DNA of 64,000 nt from an uncultured delta proteobacterium. GTDB lineage: Bacteria > Desulfobacterota > Syntrophia > Syntrophales > UBA2192. This document shows positions 22,161 through 30,170 of this stretch, piece by piece. A program made the translations under genes and the position numbers. The stretch spans positions 71,022-135,021 of the forward strand of contig CAWDHZ010000014.1 of the NCBI GenBank assembly GCA_963802225.1, in the 5' to 3' direction. The notes under the pieces were generated by a model. It was not told the DNA's origin. It did not search any database and saw only the letters and a list, made by a program, of their open reading frames with translations. Every line of letters starts with the position of its first letter. The first letter of the stretch is position 1.

Positions 22161-22728
22161 GGGGCCGCCTCCTCTTCCGTTTCTTTTTCAGTTTCTTGTC
22201 TGCATCCATCCGATCGTCTCCCAGCCGCCCGGCGATCTCGGCCGCAATCCCGGCAGGATCCTTACCCGCCGTGCCGACGACAACGTCGGCGACAGCCCCG
22301 TAAACCGGCAGGCGCTTCGCCAGGACCTCTTCGATCTCCGCCAGCGTCCCGGCCCCGGTGAGCGATGGACGCTGAAGCGCGCCGCTGCGATCCCTGCTCA
22401 TTCGAAGGGCCAGGATCCTTGCGTCGGCCTGAAGCCAGACGAACCGGCCCCCTGCCCTGAGCATGGACACGTTGTCGGGATCCATGACGGCGCCGCCCCC
22501 TGTCGCGATGACGACCTCATCGAGACCGGAGAGCTCCGAGATGACTGTTTTCTCCACCTCACGAAAGGCCTGCCAGCCGCTTGCCGCGACGATTTCCCGG
22601 ACGGTCCTGCCTGTCTTCGCGAAGATCATCCGGTCCGTGTCGAAAAAAGGACGGCCCAAAAGTCTCGCCAGCTCCCGTCCTGCCGATGTCTTGCCGCTTG
22701 CGCGGTATCCGATCAAGATGATGTTCAT
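22150..22728 (-). CDS. aroK: Shikimate kinase
   Basis: [29 protein letters not shown]. Confidence 0.93.
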   Translation of the reverse strand: MNIILIGYRASGKTSAGRELARLLGRPFFDTDRMIFAKTGRTVREIVAASGWQAFREVEKTVISELSGLDEVVIATGGGAVMDPDNVSMLRAGGRFVWLQADARILALRMSRDRSGALQRPSLTGAGTLAEIEEVLAKRLPVYGAVADVVVGTAGKDPAGIAAEIAGRLGDDRMDADKKLKKKRKRRRPHVR

Positions 22729-22826
22729 GCAATAACCGGGTATCGGGTACAGGGTATCGGGTATCGGGTGAAAACAAAAAGAGACATCTTGACCCCCCCT
22801 CTATCCCCCTTTATGAAAGGGGGAAG

Positions 22827-24107
22827 TCAAACGGGCTGATAAAGCTTCCCCAACTCGTCCCAGAAACCGGGAAACGATTTTCCGACACAGCCCGGGTTGC
22901 GGATCCGCATGCCGGGGACACAGAGACCCAGCACGGCAAAGCTCATGGCGATCCGGTGATCGTTGTAGGTCTCGATCTCGGCTCCGCGCGGCGTGCCTCC
23001 CGTGATGACGAGACCGTCGCCGGTTTCCTCGGCCCGGATGCCCGTCTTCGCAAGCTCCGTCACGAGTGCCTCCAGGCGGTTGCTCTCCTTGATGCGAAGG
23101 TGCGCCACATTGCGAATGATGGTCCGCCCCGGGCGCAGGGCCGCAAGGACGGCAAGGGTGGGCACCATGTCGGGCAGATCCTCCATGGAGGCCGTGAAAT
23201 CGCCCGCGATGAGCCTCCCCCCCGAAACTTCGATCCACCGGTCCGTGGCAGAAACGCCGCAACCGAGTTCTTTCAAGTACCTGAGGAATCGCACATCCCC
23301 CTGGTGCGTCCAGAAGTTCGTGTTTGTGACCCGGACGGTTCCGCCACAGAGAGCCGCCGCGAGGAAAAAGTAGGACGCGCTCGACAGATCCCCTTCGACG
23401 AGGTAGCGGCATCCCCGGTAGCCATGCCCGCTCTTTATGGAAAAATGATTCTCGTCATGCTTCTCCACGGGGACCCCGAAGGTTTTCATCACCGCCCGGG
23501 TCATCTCCACATAGGGGCGTGACACGGCGGAGCCGTGGATCTCGACTTCCACATCCCCTGCGGCATAGGGCGCCGCGATCAGGATCGAGGAGACATACTG
23601 GCTGCTCTCGATATCCCGGAATATGACCCGCCCGCCCCGAAGCGTGCCGCCGTGGACGGTTACAGGGGGAAACCCGCCGGTGCGCCGGCAGGTGCTGGAC
23701 ACCCCGAGGCTCCGGATCCCCTCGAGCAGAGGCTGCAGGGGTCTCTCGCACAGGCGCGGGTCTCCCGTCAGGGTGATGTCGCCCGACCCGAGGGCCGCGA
23801 CGCTGACAAGAAACCGCATGGCCGTCCCGTTGTTCCCCAGGTAGAGTTCCATGCCGGGGATTTGGATGCGCCCGCTCGTTCCCGTGACGATCATGTCCCT
23901 GTCCGAGGTGACGATCCCGGCACCCAGACGCCGGAGACTCTCCACGAGAACCTGCGTGTCTTCCGAGACGAGCGTGTTTCTCAGGATCGACTTCCCCTCG
24001 GCAAGCGACGCGATGACGAGCGCCCTCTGGGTGTAGCTCTTGGAGCCGGGAACCTGCAACTCGGCATTCACGCGCTCGAGCGGCCTGATTTCCATTACCT
24101 CAGCCAT
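22827..24107 (-). CDS. aroA: 3-phosphoshikimate 1-carboxyvinyltransferase
   Basis: PGSKSYTQR, GNNGTAMRF, SSQYVS, LRIKESNRL, DHRIAM, KSFPGF. Confidence 0.97.
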   Translation of the reverse strand: MAEVMEIRPLERVNAELQVPGSKSYTQRALVIASLAEGKSILRNTLVSEDTQVLVESLRRLGAGIVTSDRDMIVTGTSGRIQIPGMELYLGNNGTAMRFLVSVAALGSGDITLTGDPRLCERPLQPLLEGIRSLGVSSTCRRTGGFPPVTVHGGTLRGGRVIFRDIESSQYVSSILIAAPYAAGDVEVEIHGSAVSRPYVEMTRAVMKTFGVPVEKHDENHFSIKSGHGYRGCRYLVEGDLSSASYFFLAAALCGGTVRVTNTNFWTHQGDVRFLRYLKELGCGVSATDRWIEVSGGRLIAGDFTASMEDLPDMVPTLAVLAALRPGRTIIRNVAHLRIKESNRLEALVTELAKTGIRAEETGDGLVITGGTPRGAEIETYNDHRIAMSFAVLGLCVPGMRIRNPGCVGKSFPGFWDELGKLYQPV

Positions 24108-24264
24108 CGCCTCTCCCTTGTCGACTCCGCATGTTCATTCCTGCTCGATCCTTTGCGTCAAATCCCCCTCTTTCCCCTTTTGCAAAGGGGGATGAAAGGG
24201 GGATTTTCCCCTTGTCTTGTTTCTTGTTGTTTTGCCCCCGACCCGATACCCGATACCCTATACC

Positions 24265-25083
24265 CTATCCCCTGTCTTTCGTCAGGGTCGTCTTCACCAC
24301 CCGCGTCATCAGTTCGACCGGAGGCTCGAGTCCCGTCCAGATGCGGATCTGCTCCGCCCCCTGGCGGACGAACATGGAAAGCCCCGTGATCACACCGCAC
24401 CCGGCCGCTCTTGCCTCCCGCAGCAGGCGCGTCTCGAGAGGGTTGTAGATCGTCTCCACGACCCATCGGAACCGGGCCAGGTGCCGCCGATCGACGGGAG
24501 TCTCATCCATAAGCGGGCGCATCCCGACAGGGGTTGCGTTGATGAGCACCTCGGCCTCCACCGTGCCCAGATGGGCCAACGGCTGCGCGCCGCACCCGAA
24601 CCATCTCGCCAGGGATTCGGCCCTGTCGCGGCGGCGGGCAAAGACAATCGGAATGCCTCCCTCTCTCAGCATGCCGTAGACGGCGGCCCGTGCGGCGCCG
24701 CCAGCGCCCAGCACGGCAACGGTCTTGCCTTCCAGGGGAAATTGCTCCTGCATGGCTGCAGTGAGACCCGTCCAGTCCGTGTTCGAGCCCCGGAGCTTCC
24801 CGCCTTCGTTTTTAATCGTGTTGACGGCGCCGATGGCGCGGGCATCTTCGTCCACCTCGTCGAGGAAGTCCATGACGGCCCCCTTCACGGGCAGGGTCAC
24901 GCTCACGCCGGCAAGCGGCTTCTCCCGGATCATCCGGACCGAGAGCTCCAGGCTTTCCACGCAGTGCGCCTCGTAGCGGGCACGGATCCCCATGGCCCCG
25001 AAGGCCGCGTTGATCATCAGCGGCGAGAGACTGTGCCCCACGGGGTTGCCGAAGAGTGCGTATTGTCGAATGCTTTCTTTCAT
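24265..25083 (-). CDS. aroE: Shikimate dehydrogenase
   Basis: GNPVGHSLSP, SVTLP.K, IGAVNT, NTD, LGAGGAARA, INATPVGM. Confidence 0.95.
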   Translation of the reverse strand: MKESIRQYALFGNPVGHSLSPLMINAAFGAMGIRARYEAHCVESLELSVRMIREKPLAGVSVTLPVKGAVMDFLDEVDEDARAIGAVNTIKNEGGKLRGSNTDWTGLTAAMQEQFPLEGKTVAVLGAGGAARAAVYGMLREGGIPIVFARRRDRAESLARWFGCGAQPLAHLGTVEAEVLINATPVGMRPLMDETPVDRRHLARFRWVVETIYNPLETRLLREARAAGCGVITGLSMFVRQGAEQIRIWTGLEPPVELMTRVVKTTLTKDRG

Positions 25084-25766
25084 GACGACCCCTGTAAAAT
25101 CCCCAGGAGCTTTTTCATCTCCCCTGCCGTCAGTTGTCCCGGCGCCGACTCGGCTCCTTCTTCGAGGCTCGCATAGCTCATGCAGGACCCCAGCAGCGGC
25201 GCCGCCACGCGGCTCAGGCGCCCCTTCCCGCCCATGCAGAACGCGATGATGTCCTGGCCCATCTCCAGGGCCTGCGGGATGAGATCCAGCACCCTGAGGT
25301 TGTCCTCCGCCGTTTCCGCCAGGGTGACGATCTTCACGATGTCGGCCCCGAGAAGGCGGCAGGCCTTGAGCCTTTTCATCAGGGTTTGCCGGGAAGGGGT
25401 TCCTTTCAGATCGTGATGGGAGACGATAAGCCCCGTTTTGCCTTTCTTCGCGCGGATCGCCTTGCCCAGTCTGCCCACGGCCGCAGCACCCGTTCGCGCC
25501 TCGATATCCACGTAGCGTGCACCCAGATCGACCGCCTCGCGAAGCAGCGCCGTGCGCTTGTCTTCGCATCTCGCAAAGAACCCTCCCTCGTCCCTGCGGC
25601 GGTTTGTCACCAGGATCCTTTCCTTCCCGGCGTAAAGGAGCAGGGGCAGGTCAGGTTGCCCGATTCGGTCGATCCGCAATTCGACGAGATCCGCCTCGGG
25701 CAGCGCCCGCGCGAGCAGGCACAGGGCCTCCTCATTCGTTTCGGGCACGATGGATATGCAGATCAT
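25080..25766 (-). CDS. aroD: Type I 3-dehydroquinate dehydratase
   Basis: ELRID, TNR...EGG, IVSHH, IVKIV, MG..G.LSR, APGQL. Confidence 0.93.
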   Translation of the reverse strand: MICISIVPETNEEALCLLARALPEADLVELRIDRIGQPDLPLLLYAGKERILVTNRRRDEGGFFARCEDKRTALLREAVDLGARYVDIEARTGAAAVGRLGKAIRAKKGKTGLIVSHHDLKGTPSRQTLMKRLKACRLLGADIVKIVTLAETAEDNLRVLDLIPQALEMGQDIIAFCMGGKGRLSRVAAPLLGSCMSYASLEEGAESAPGQLTAGEMKKLLGILQGSS

Positions 25767-26842
25767 GGTTTCTCCGCCTCTCCGGGGTAGGACCCCAGCA
25801 CCTTGAGGAAAGCCGTCTTGCGTTGCAGTTTTCGAAGACCGTCCTTCACCGGTTGCTCGTCCGAATGACCCTCGATGTCGATGAAGAAGAGATACCGCCA
25901 CATCCGATCCCGCGCCGGGTGGGATTCGATGCGCAGCAGGTTGATCCCCGCCGTTGCAAACGGCTCGAGCGCCGCGTGCAGGGCCCCCGGCCGGTGTTGC
26001 GTCGAGAAGAGGATCGATGTCTTGTCCCGCCCCGTCGGGCTGTTGGATCCTCTGCCGATGACGATGAAGCGTGTCGTGTTGGCCGGGTGGTCCTCGATGC
26101 CTTCCTCGACGATGGGAAGCCCGTGGATTTCCGAGGCCAGGCGGCTGCCGATTGCGGCGGCCTCCCGGTCCTGAAGGGCCTTCAGCACGGCCGCCGAGGT
26201 GCTCTCCGTCTCGACGGGGACCGCCCGGGGAAGATTCTTCGCCAGCCACTGCCGGCACTGGGCCAGCGCCTGGGGATGGGAATAAACCCGTCGAAGCCTT
26301 CCCTTTGCCCCCCGGGCCATGAGGCAGTGGGAGATGCGAAGGAAGATCTCGCCCCGGATCGAAAGCGGTGTTGCGATCAGCCTCTCGAGGGTGACCCTCA
26401 CGGGCCCCTCCACCGAGTTTTCCAGCGGGACGACCCCGAGGTCGGCCTTTTGTTTTTCCGCAGCGTCGAAGACCGCGCCGATCGTCTCCTGCGGCGCCAT
26501 GCGGGCGCTTCCTCCGAAGCGATCGAGAGCCGCCAGGTGGGCAAACGAGCCTTCCGGTCCCAGGCAGGCCACCGCGAGGGGCGCCTGGAGCGCCCGCGAC
26601 GACGACAGGATCTCCCGGTAGATGTGCCCCAGCGTCTCGACGGCGAGGGGGCCCTCGTTGAGGGCTGCGATTTCATTCAGGACGCGCGACTCCTGGGCGG
26701 GGTCGTAGACGCCGATCCCCTCTTGCCCCTTGATCTTTCCCACTTCAAGGGACAGGCGGGCGCGCTCGCTGAGGAGCCGCACGATGTCGCGGTCCTTGTG
26801 CCGGATCTCGCGCCGGATGTTCTCGATGCCCGTTTTCTTCAT
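25763..26842 (-). CDS. pheA: Chorismate mutase / prephenate dehydratase
   Basis: N-terminal CM domain, LGPEGSF, ENSVEG, SHPQALAQC, NTTRF, ACT domain IESHP. Confidence 0.96.
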   Translation of the reverse strand: MKKTGIENIRREIRHKDRDIVRLLSERARLSLEVGKIKGQEGIGVYDPAQESRVLNEIAALNEGPLAVETLGHIYREILSSSRALQAPLAVACLGPEGSFAHLAALDRFGGSARMAPQETIGAVFDAAEKQKADLGVVPLENSVEGPVRVTLERLIATPLSIRGEIFLRISHCLMARGAKGRLRRVYSHPQALAQCRQWLAKNLPRAVPVETESTSAAVLKALQDREAAAIGSRLASEIHGLPIVEEGIEDHPANTTRFIVIGRGSNSPTGRDKTSILFSTQHRPGALHAALEPFATAGINLLRIESHPARDRMWRYLFFIDIEGHSDEQPVKDGLRKLQRKTAFLKVLGSYPGEAEKP

Positions 26843-27933
26843 GCCTTGAGTTCCTCGATGGTTTGCTGTACGAGCTCCAGCGCAACGCCGCCGTTGACAA
26901 AGGGCATGCCGGGTTTGCGCAGAAGGACAAAGTGGATCTTGCCGCCCGCCTTCTTCTTGTCCGCCGCCAGGTGCGACAGGATGCGCGCCGTATCCAGGCT
27001 CTGCGGGATCCGGACGGGAAGGCCCGCCCGCCCGATTGCGGTAACGACCCGCTCCCGGTCCTCGGCGGAGAGGTAGCGCTGCCTCTCCGAGATGAGCGCC
27101 GCGGCGACCATGCCCATGGCCACCGCCTCGCCGTGCGCAATGGCATATTGCGACTCGGCCTCGATGGCGTGGCCTACAGTGTGGCCGAAGTTGAGGATGC
27201 GGCGCAACCCTTTTTCCGTCTCGTCGACCTCGACGACACCCTTCTTGATCCGGCAGGACGTGGAGACGAGGCGCTCCAGGAGGGCGGGATCCCTGCCCTG
27301 CAGGGCCTCGGCCCCTTCCTCGATGGCCGCCAGGAGTTCGGGGTCTTCGATGATCCCGTACTTCACGATCTCCGCCAGCCCGTTGGTGAACTCCCTGGCC
27401 GGGAGCGTGTCGAGGAAGGCCAGGTCAATGAAGACGGCCCGCGGCTGGAGGAAGGTGCCCAGCATGTTCTTTCCCGCCGGGAGATCGACGCCGGTCTTTC
27501 CCCCGATCGAGCTGTCCACCTGGGCAAGAAGCGTCGTGGGAATCTGCACGCAGGGGATGCCCCGCATGTAGATGGAGGCGACAAAACCCGCCACATCGCC
27601 CACGACCCCGCCGCCCAGGGCGATCAGGCCCGAGGTCCGGTCGGCGCCTGACTCCAGCAGTCGCCCCGCCAGCTCCACGCAGGTGCCGATGGTCTTCGAG
27701 GCCTCCCCGGCAGGGAAGACGATCGTTTCGACGGCAAGCCCGTTTTCGCGCAGCACGCCGAGGACCCTTTCCCCGTGGAGAGCCGACACGTTGTCGTCCG
27801 TCACGACGAACCATCGGGAGGCCCCGCCGTTCTTGGTGAGGACGGGGGCGACCCGGTCGAGGATGCGGCAGCCGATGTGGATGTCGTAGGAGGCGTTGAG
27901 CCGCCTGTCGAGATTCACCCTGATCCGGTTCAT
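26839..27933 (-). CDS. aroB: 3-dehydroquinate synthase
   Basis: GEASK, LGGGVVGD.AGF, PTTLLAQVDSSIGGKTG, LNFGHT.GHAIE, HGEAV. Confidence 0.96.
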   Translation of the reverse strand: MNRIRVNLDRRLNASYDIHIGCRILDRVAPVLTKNGGASRWFVVTDDNVSALHGERVLGVLRENGLAVETIVFPAGEASKTIGTCVELAGRLLESGADRTSGLIALGGGVVGDVAGFVASIYMRGIPCVQIPTTLLAQVDSSIGGKTGVDLPAGKNMLGTFLQPRAVFIDLAFLDTLPAREFTNGLAEIVKYGIIEDPELLAAIEEGAEALQGRDPALLERLVSTSCRIKKGVVEVDETEKGLRRILNFGHTVGHAIEAESQYAIAHGEAVAMGMVAAALISERQRYLSAEDRERVVTAIGRAGLPVRIPQSLDTARILSHLAADKKKAGGKIHFVLLRKPGMPFVNGGVALELVQQTIEELKA

Positions 27934-28958
27934 GACGGCACCCTCTGCATCCGCTGCATGGCGGTCTCGAGCACCGCAAGATCTTCCATGAGCTGGTAGA
28001 ACTTCTCGGGCTTCAGGGACTGCATCCCGTCGGAGACGGCCTTTTCGGGCTCGGGGTGGACCTCGACGATGATCCCGTCGGCCCCCACGGCGACGGCCGC
28101 CCGGGCCAGGGGCGCCACGTACTTCCAGTGGCCCGCCGCGTGGCTCGGGTCCACGATCACCGGGAGGTGGGAGAGCTCTTTGAGGACGACAACGGCCGAG
28201 AGATCCAGGGTGTTTCGCGTGGCCGTCTCGAAGGTGCGGATCCCCCGCTCGCAGAGGATGACCTGACTGTTGCCCTCGGAGAGGATGTACTCGGCCGACA
28301 TGAGGAGCTCCTCGATCGTCATCATCATCCCCCGCTTGAGCAGGACGGGCTTGCGCGCCTGGCCCACAGCCTTCAGGAGCGCGAAGTTCTGGGCGTTGCG
28401 CGCGCCGACCTGGAAGATGTCGGCGTAGGCCTCCACGAGATCCACGTCGGCGGGATTTACGACCTCCGTCACGATGGGAAGCCCCGTATGCTCGCGGACC
28501 TTCTTCAGGAGCTTGAGCCCCTCCTCTTCCAGGCCTTGGAAACTGTAGGGCGAGGTCCGGGGTTTGAAGGCGCCGCCCCGGAGGATATGGGCGCCGGCCT
28601 TCTTTGCCACCCAGGCGCATTCCATGAGCTGCTCCTCCGTCTCGACGGCACAGGGCCCCGCCATGACGATGAACCGCGGCCCGCCGATCGCGAGCTCGCC
28701 CACGCGGACGATCGTATCGGCTTCCCGGAATTCGCGGCTGGCAAGCTTGTAGGGCTTGAGTATGGGCACCACGATCTCCACCCCCGGCAGGTGGGCAACG
28801 GATTTGATCTGCTCGCGGCCCCGGGCATCCCCCACGGCGCCGATGATCGTCTTCTCCGTCCCGCGGGAGAGGTGAGCCCGGTACCCGACAGACTCGATCC
28901 ACTCGACAACCCGGTCGACCTGTCCGTCCGTTGCGTTTTTCTTCATCACGATGATCAT
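27930..28958 (-). CDS. aroF: DAHP synthase (type I-beta) with N-terminal ferredoxin-like regulatory domain
   Basis: MIIVMK start with GGAGG RBS; [40 protein letters not shown]. Confidence 0.95.
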   Translation of the reverse strand: MIIVMKKNATDGQVDRVVEWIESVGYRAHLSRGTEKTIIGAVGDARGREQIKSVAHLPGVEIVVPILKPYKLASREFREADTIVRVGELAIGGPRFIVMAGPCAVETEEQLMECAWVAKKAGAHILRGGAFKPRTSPYSFQGLEEEGLKLLKKVREHTGLPIVTEVVNPADVDLVEAYADIFQVGARNAQNFALLKAVGQARKPVLLKRGMMMTIEELLMSAEYILSEGNSQVILCERGIRTFETATRNTLDLSAVVVLKELSHLPVIVDPSHAAGHWKYVAPLARAAVAVGADGIIVEVHPEPEKAVSDGMQSLKPEKFYQLMEDLAVLETAMQRMQRVPS

Positions 28959-28973
28959 AATTGCAGTACCTCC

Positions 28974-29012
28974 AATGAAAAGGGCCATGATGGCTGCCGC
29001 CCCCATGGCCCT
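28974..29012 (-). terminator. Second attenuator hairpin of the aro leader, directly before the aroF RBS
   Basis: AGGGCCATG-GGGGCGGCAGCCAT-CATGGCCCTTTTCATT on the minus strand. Confidence 0.7.
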
Positions 29013-29019
29013 CCTCGAT

Positions 29020-29066
29020 GAAAACAAAAAAGCCATGGGCAGCGTCTTTCGATCTACCCATGGCTT
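29020..29066 (-). terminator. First attenuator terminator of the aro leader
   Basis: AAGCCATGGG-TAGATCGAAAGACGCTG-CCCATGGCTT-TTTTGTTTTC on the minus strand. Confidence 0.85.
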
Positions 29067-29095
29067 CGGTTTGGCTTATTCTTTCGTGCTTAAGT

Positions 29096-29185
29096 CTAAG
29101 TCCTCCTCAGCGACGGGCAGACCTGTCCGTAAAAATAATAGGTGCTAAACCAGAAGCCAAGATTACGGAGTTTCATGCTGTCCAT
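29096..29185 (-). CDS. aro operon leader peptide MDSMKLRNLGFWFSTYYFYGQVCPSLRRT (Phe/Trp/Tyr-rich; alternative start 29176)
   Basis: 7 aromatic codons in a 9-codon run, lies between a TTGACA promoter and terminators upstream of aroF. Confidence 0.85.
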   Translation of the reverse strand: MDSMKLRNLGFWFSTYYFYGQVCPSLRRT

Positions 29186-29213
29186 CACGAAGGTTTCCTT
29201 CAAAAAGTGGCCC

Positions 29214-29242
29214 ATGAAAACACGCTCGGGCGCCCCTGTCAA
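29214..29242 (-). promoter_or_regulatory. Putative sigma70 promoter of the aro operon
   Basis: TTGACA-N17-TTTCAT with an extended TG element. Confidence 0.55.
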
Positions 29243-29314
29243 CAGAAATTTTTCGCCATGCCGACCAGGGGTCCCTGAAACCCTTGAGGGGCGGGCCTTT
29301 AGCGGCACGCCGGA

Positions 29315-30148
29315 TCACATGAGCGTATCGCCCTGCGAGAGCTTGAAGCGGATGGGGATCTCCACCCATGCATCCACGACGGCACCCATGCGCCGTGCCG
29401 GTTCGAACCGCCAGGACCTCACGGCCTCGAGGGCCGAATCGTCCAGCGAGGCGTAGCCGGAGGAACGCTTGACCCGGACGGCCCCGATCCGGCCGTCGGC
29501 ACGGACCTCGGCCGCGATCAGCACGTCGCCCTCGTAGCCCCGCTGCCTCGCAGCACCAGGGTAGGCGGGGGGCCGGTTCTCGCGGTAGCGGGGCATGGCC
29601 TCCGAGTAGCCCTCCTGGGCGCTGGCGCCCGTTTGCCGCTGCCCCCAAGGCACCTCACCTGCCGAGGAACCCCGGCCCGCTGCGGCCGCGGCAACGCCTC
29701 CCTTCGCGGTCTCGACGGAAACGCTCGTCTCCATCGCCTCCCGCTGCAGGGGCCGGCTGGCAACGGCTTCGGTAATGACGGTTTTTTCCATGGCCTTCGG
29801 AACGATGGCGGGGGCGGCCTTTGGTTGATGGACCTGCTTTTTCTTGAACTCGTCGGCCTGGGCGGCCCCGTTGCCGTTCTCGGGACCCGGCATCACCGTC
29901 ACCAGGGAGACCCGGACGACCCCTTCGTCGCCCGCCGTGGGGAAACTGAAGAAGGGGTTTGCCACGGCGAACAGGACAAAGGCCAGGACACCCGCGTGCA
30001 GAACCGCAGACAGGGCGATGCCGGGCAGCATGCTCTTCCCGGGGCGGCGCACCGCCGCCCGGACCCTCTGCGCGGGGCCGGGGATTGCCATGCTCAGATC
30101 AGCGGGGCATTCTCTTCTCCATGTCGTGACATTCATGTGCACTGCCAT
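29315..30148 (-). CDS. tonB: Energy transducer TonB
   Basis: TM anchor SAVLH, low-complexity linker, PAYP..ARQRGYEG.V, SSGY..LD.SAL.AV..WRF.PA; start uncertain. Confidence 0.9.
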   Translation of the reverse strand: MAVHMNVTTWRRECPADLSMAIPGPAQRVRAAVRRPGKSMLPGIALSAVLHAGVLAFVLFAVANPFFSFPTAGDEGVVRVSLVTVMPGPENGNGAAQADEFKKKQVHQPKAAPAIVPKAMEKTVITEAVASRPLQREAMETSVSVETAKGGVAAAAAGRGSSAGEVPWGQRQTGASAQEGYSEAMPRYRENRPPAYPGAARQRGYEGDVLIAAEVRADGRIGAVRVKRSSGYASLDDSALEAVRSWRFEPARRMGAVVDAWVEIPIRFKLSQGDTLM

Positions 30149-30170
30149 CCTTGCTGCTGCTTTGACCGGA

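Noticed and set aside
28959-29036. N-terminal extension of aroF as in the ORF track (start 29036)
   Set aside because: It runs through the attenuator hairpins; GGAGG RBS and homology support the start at 28958
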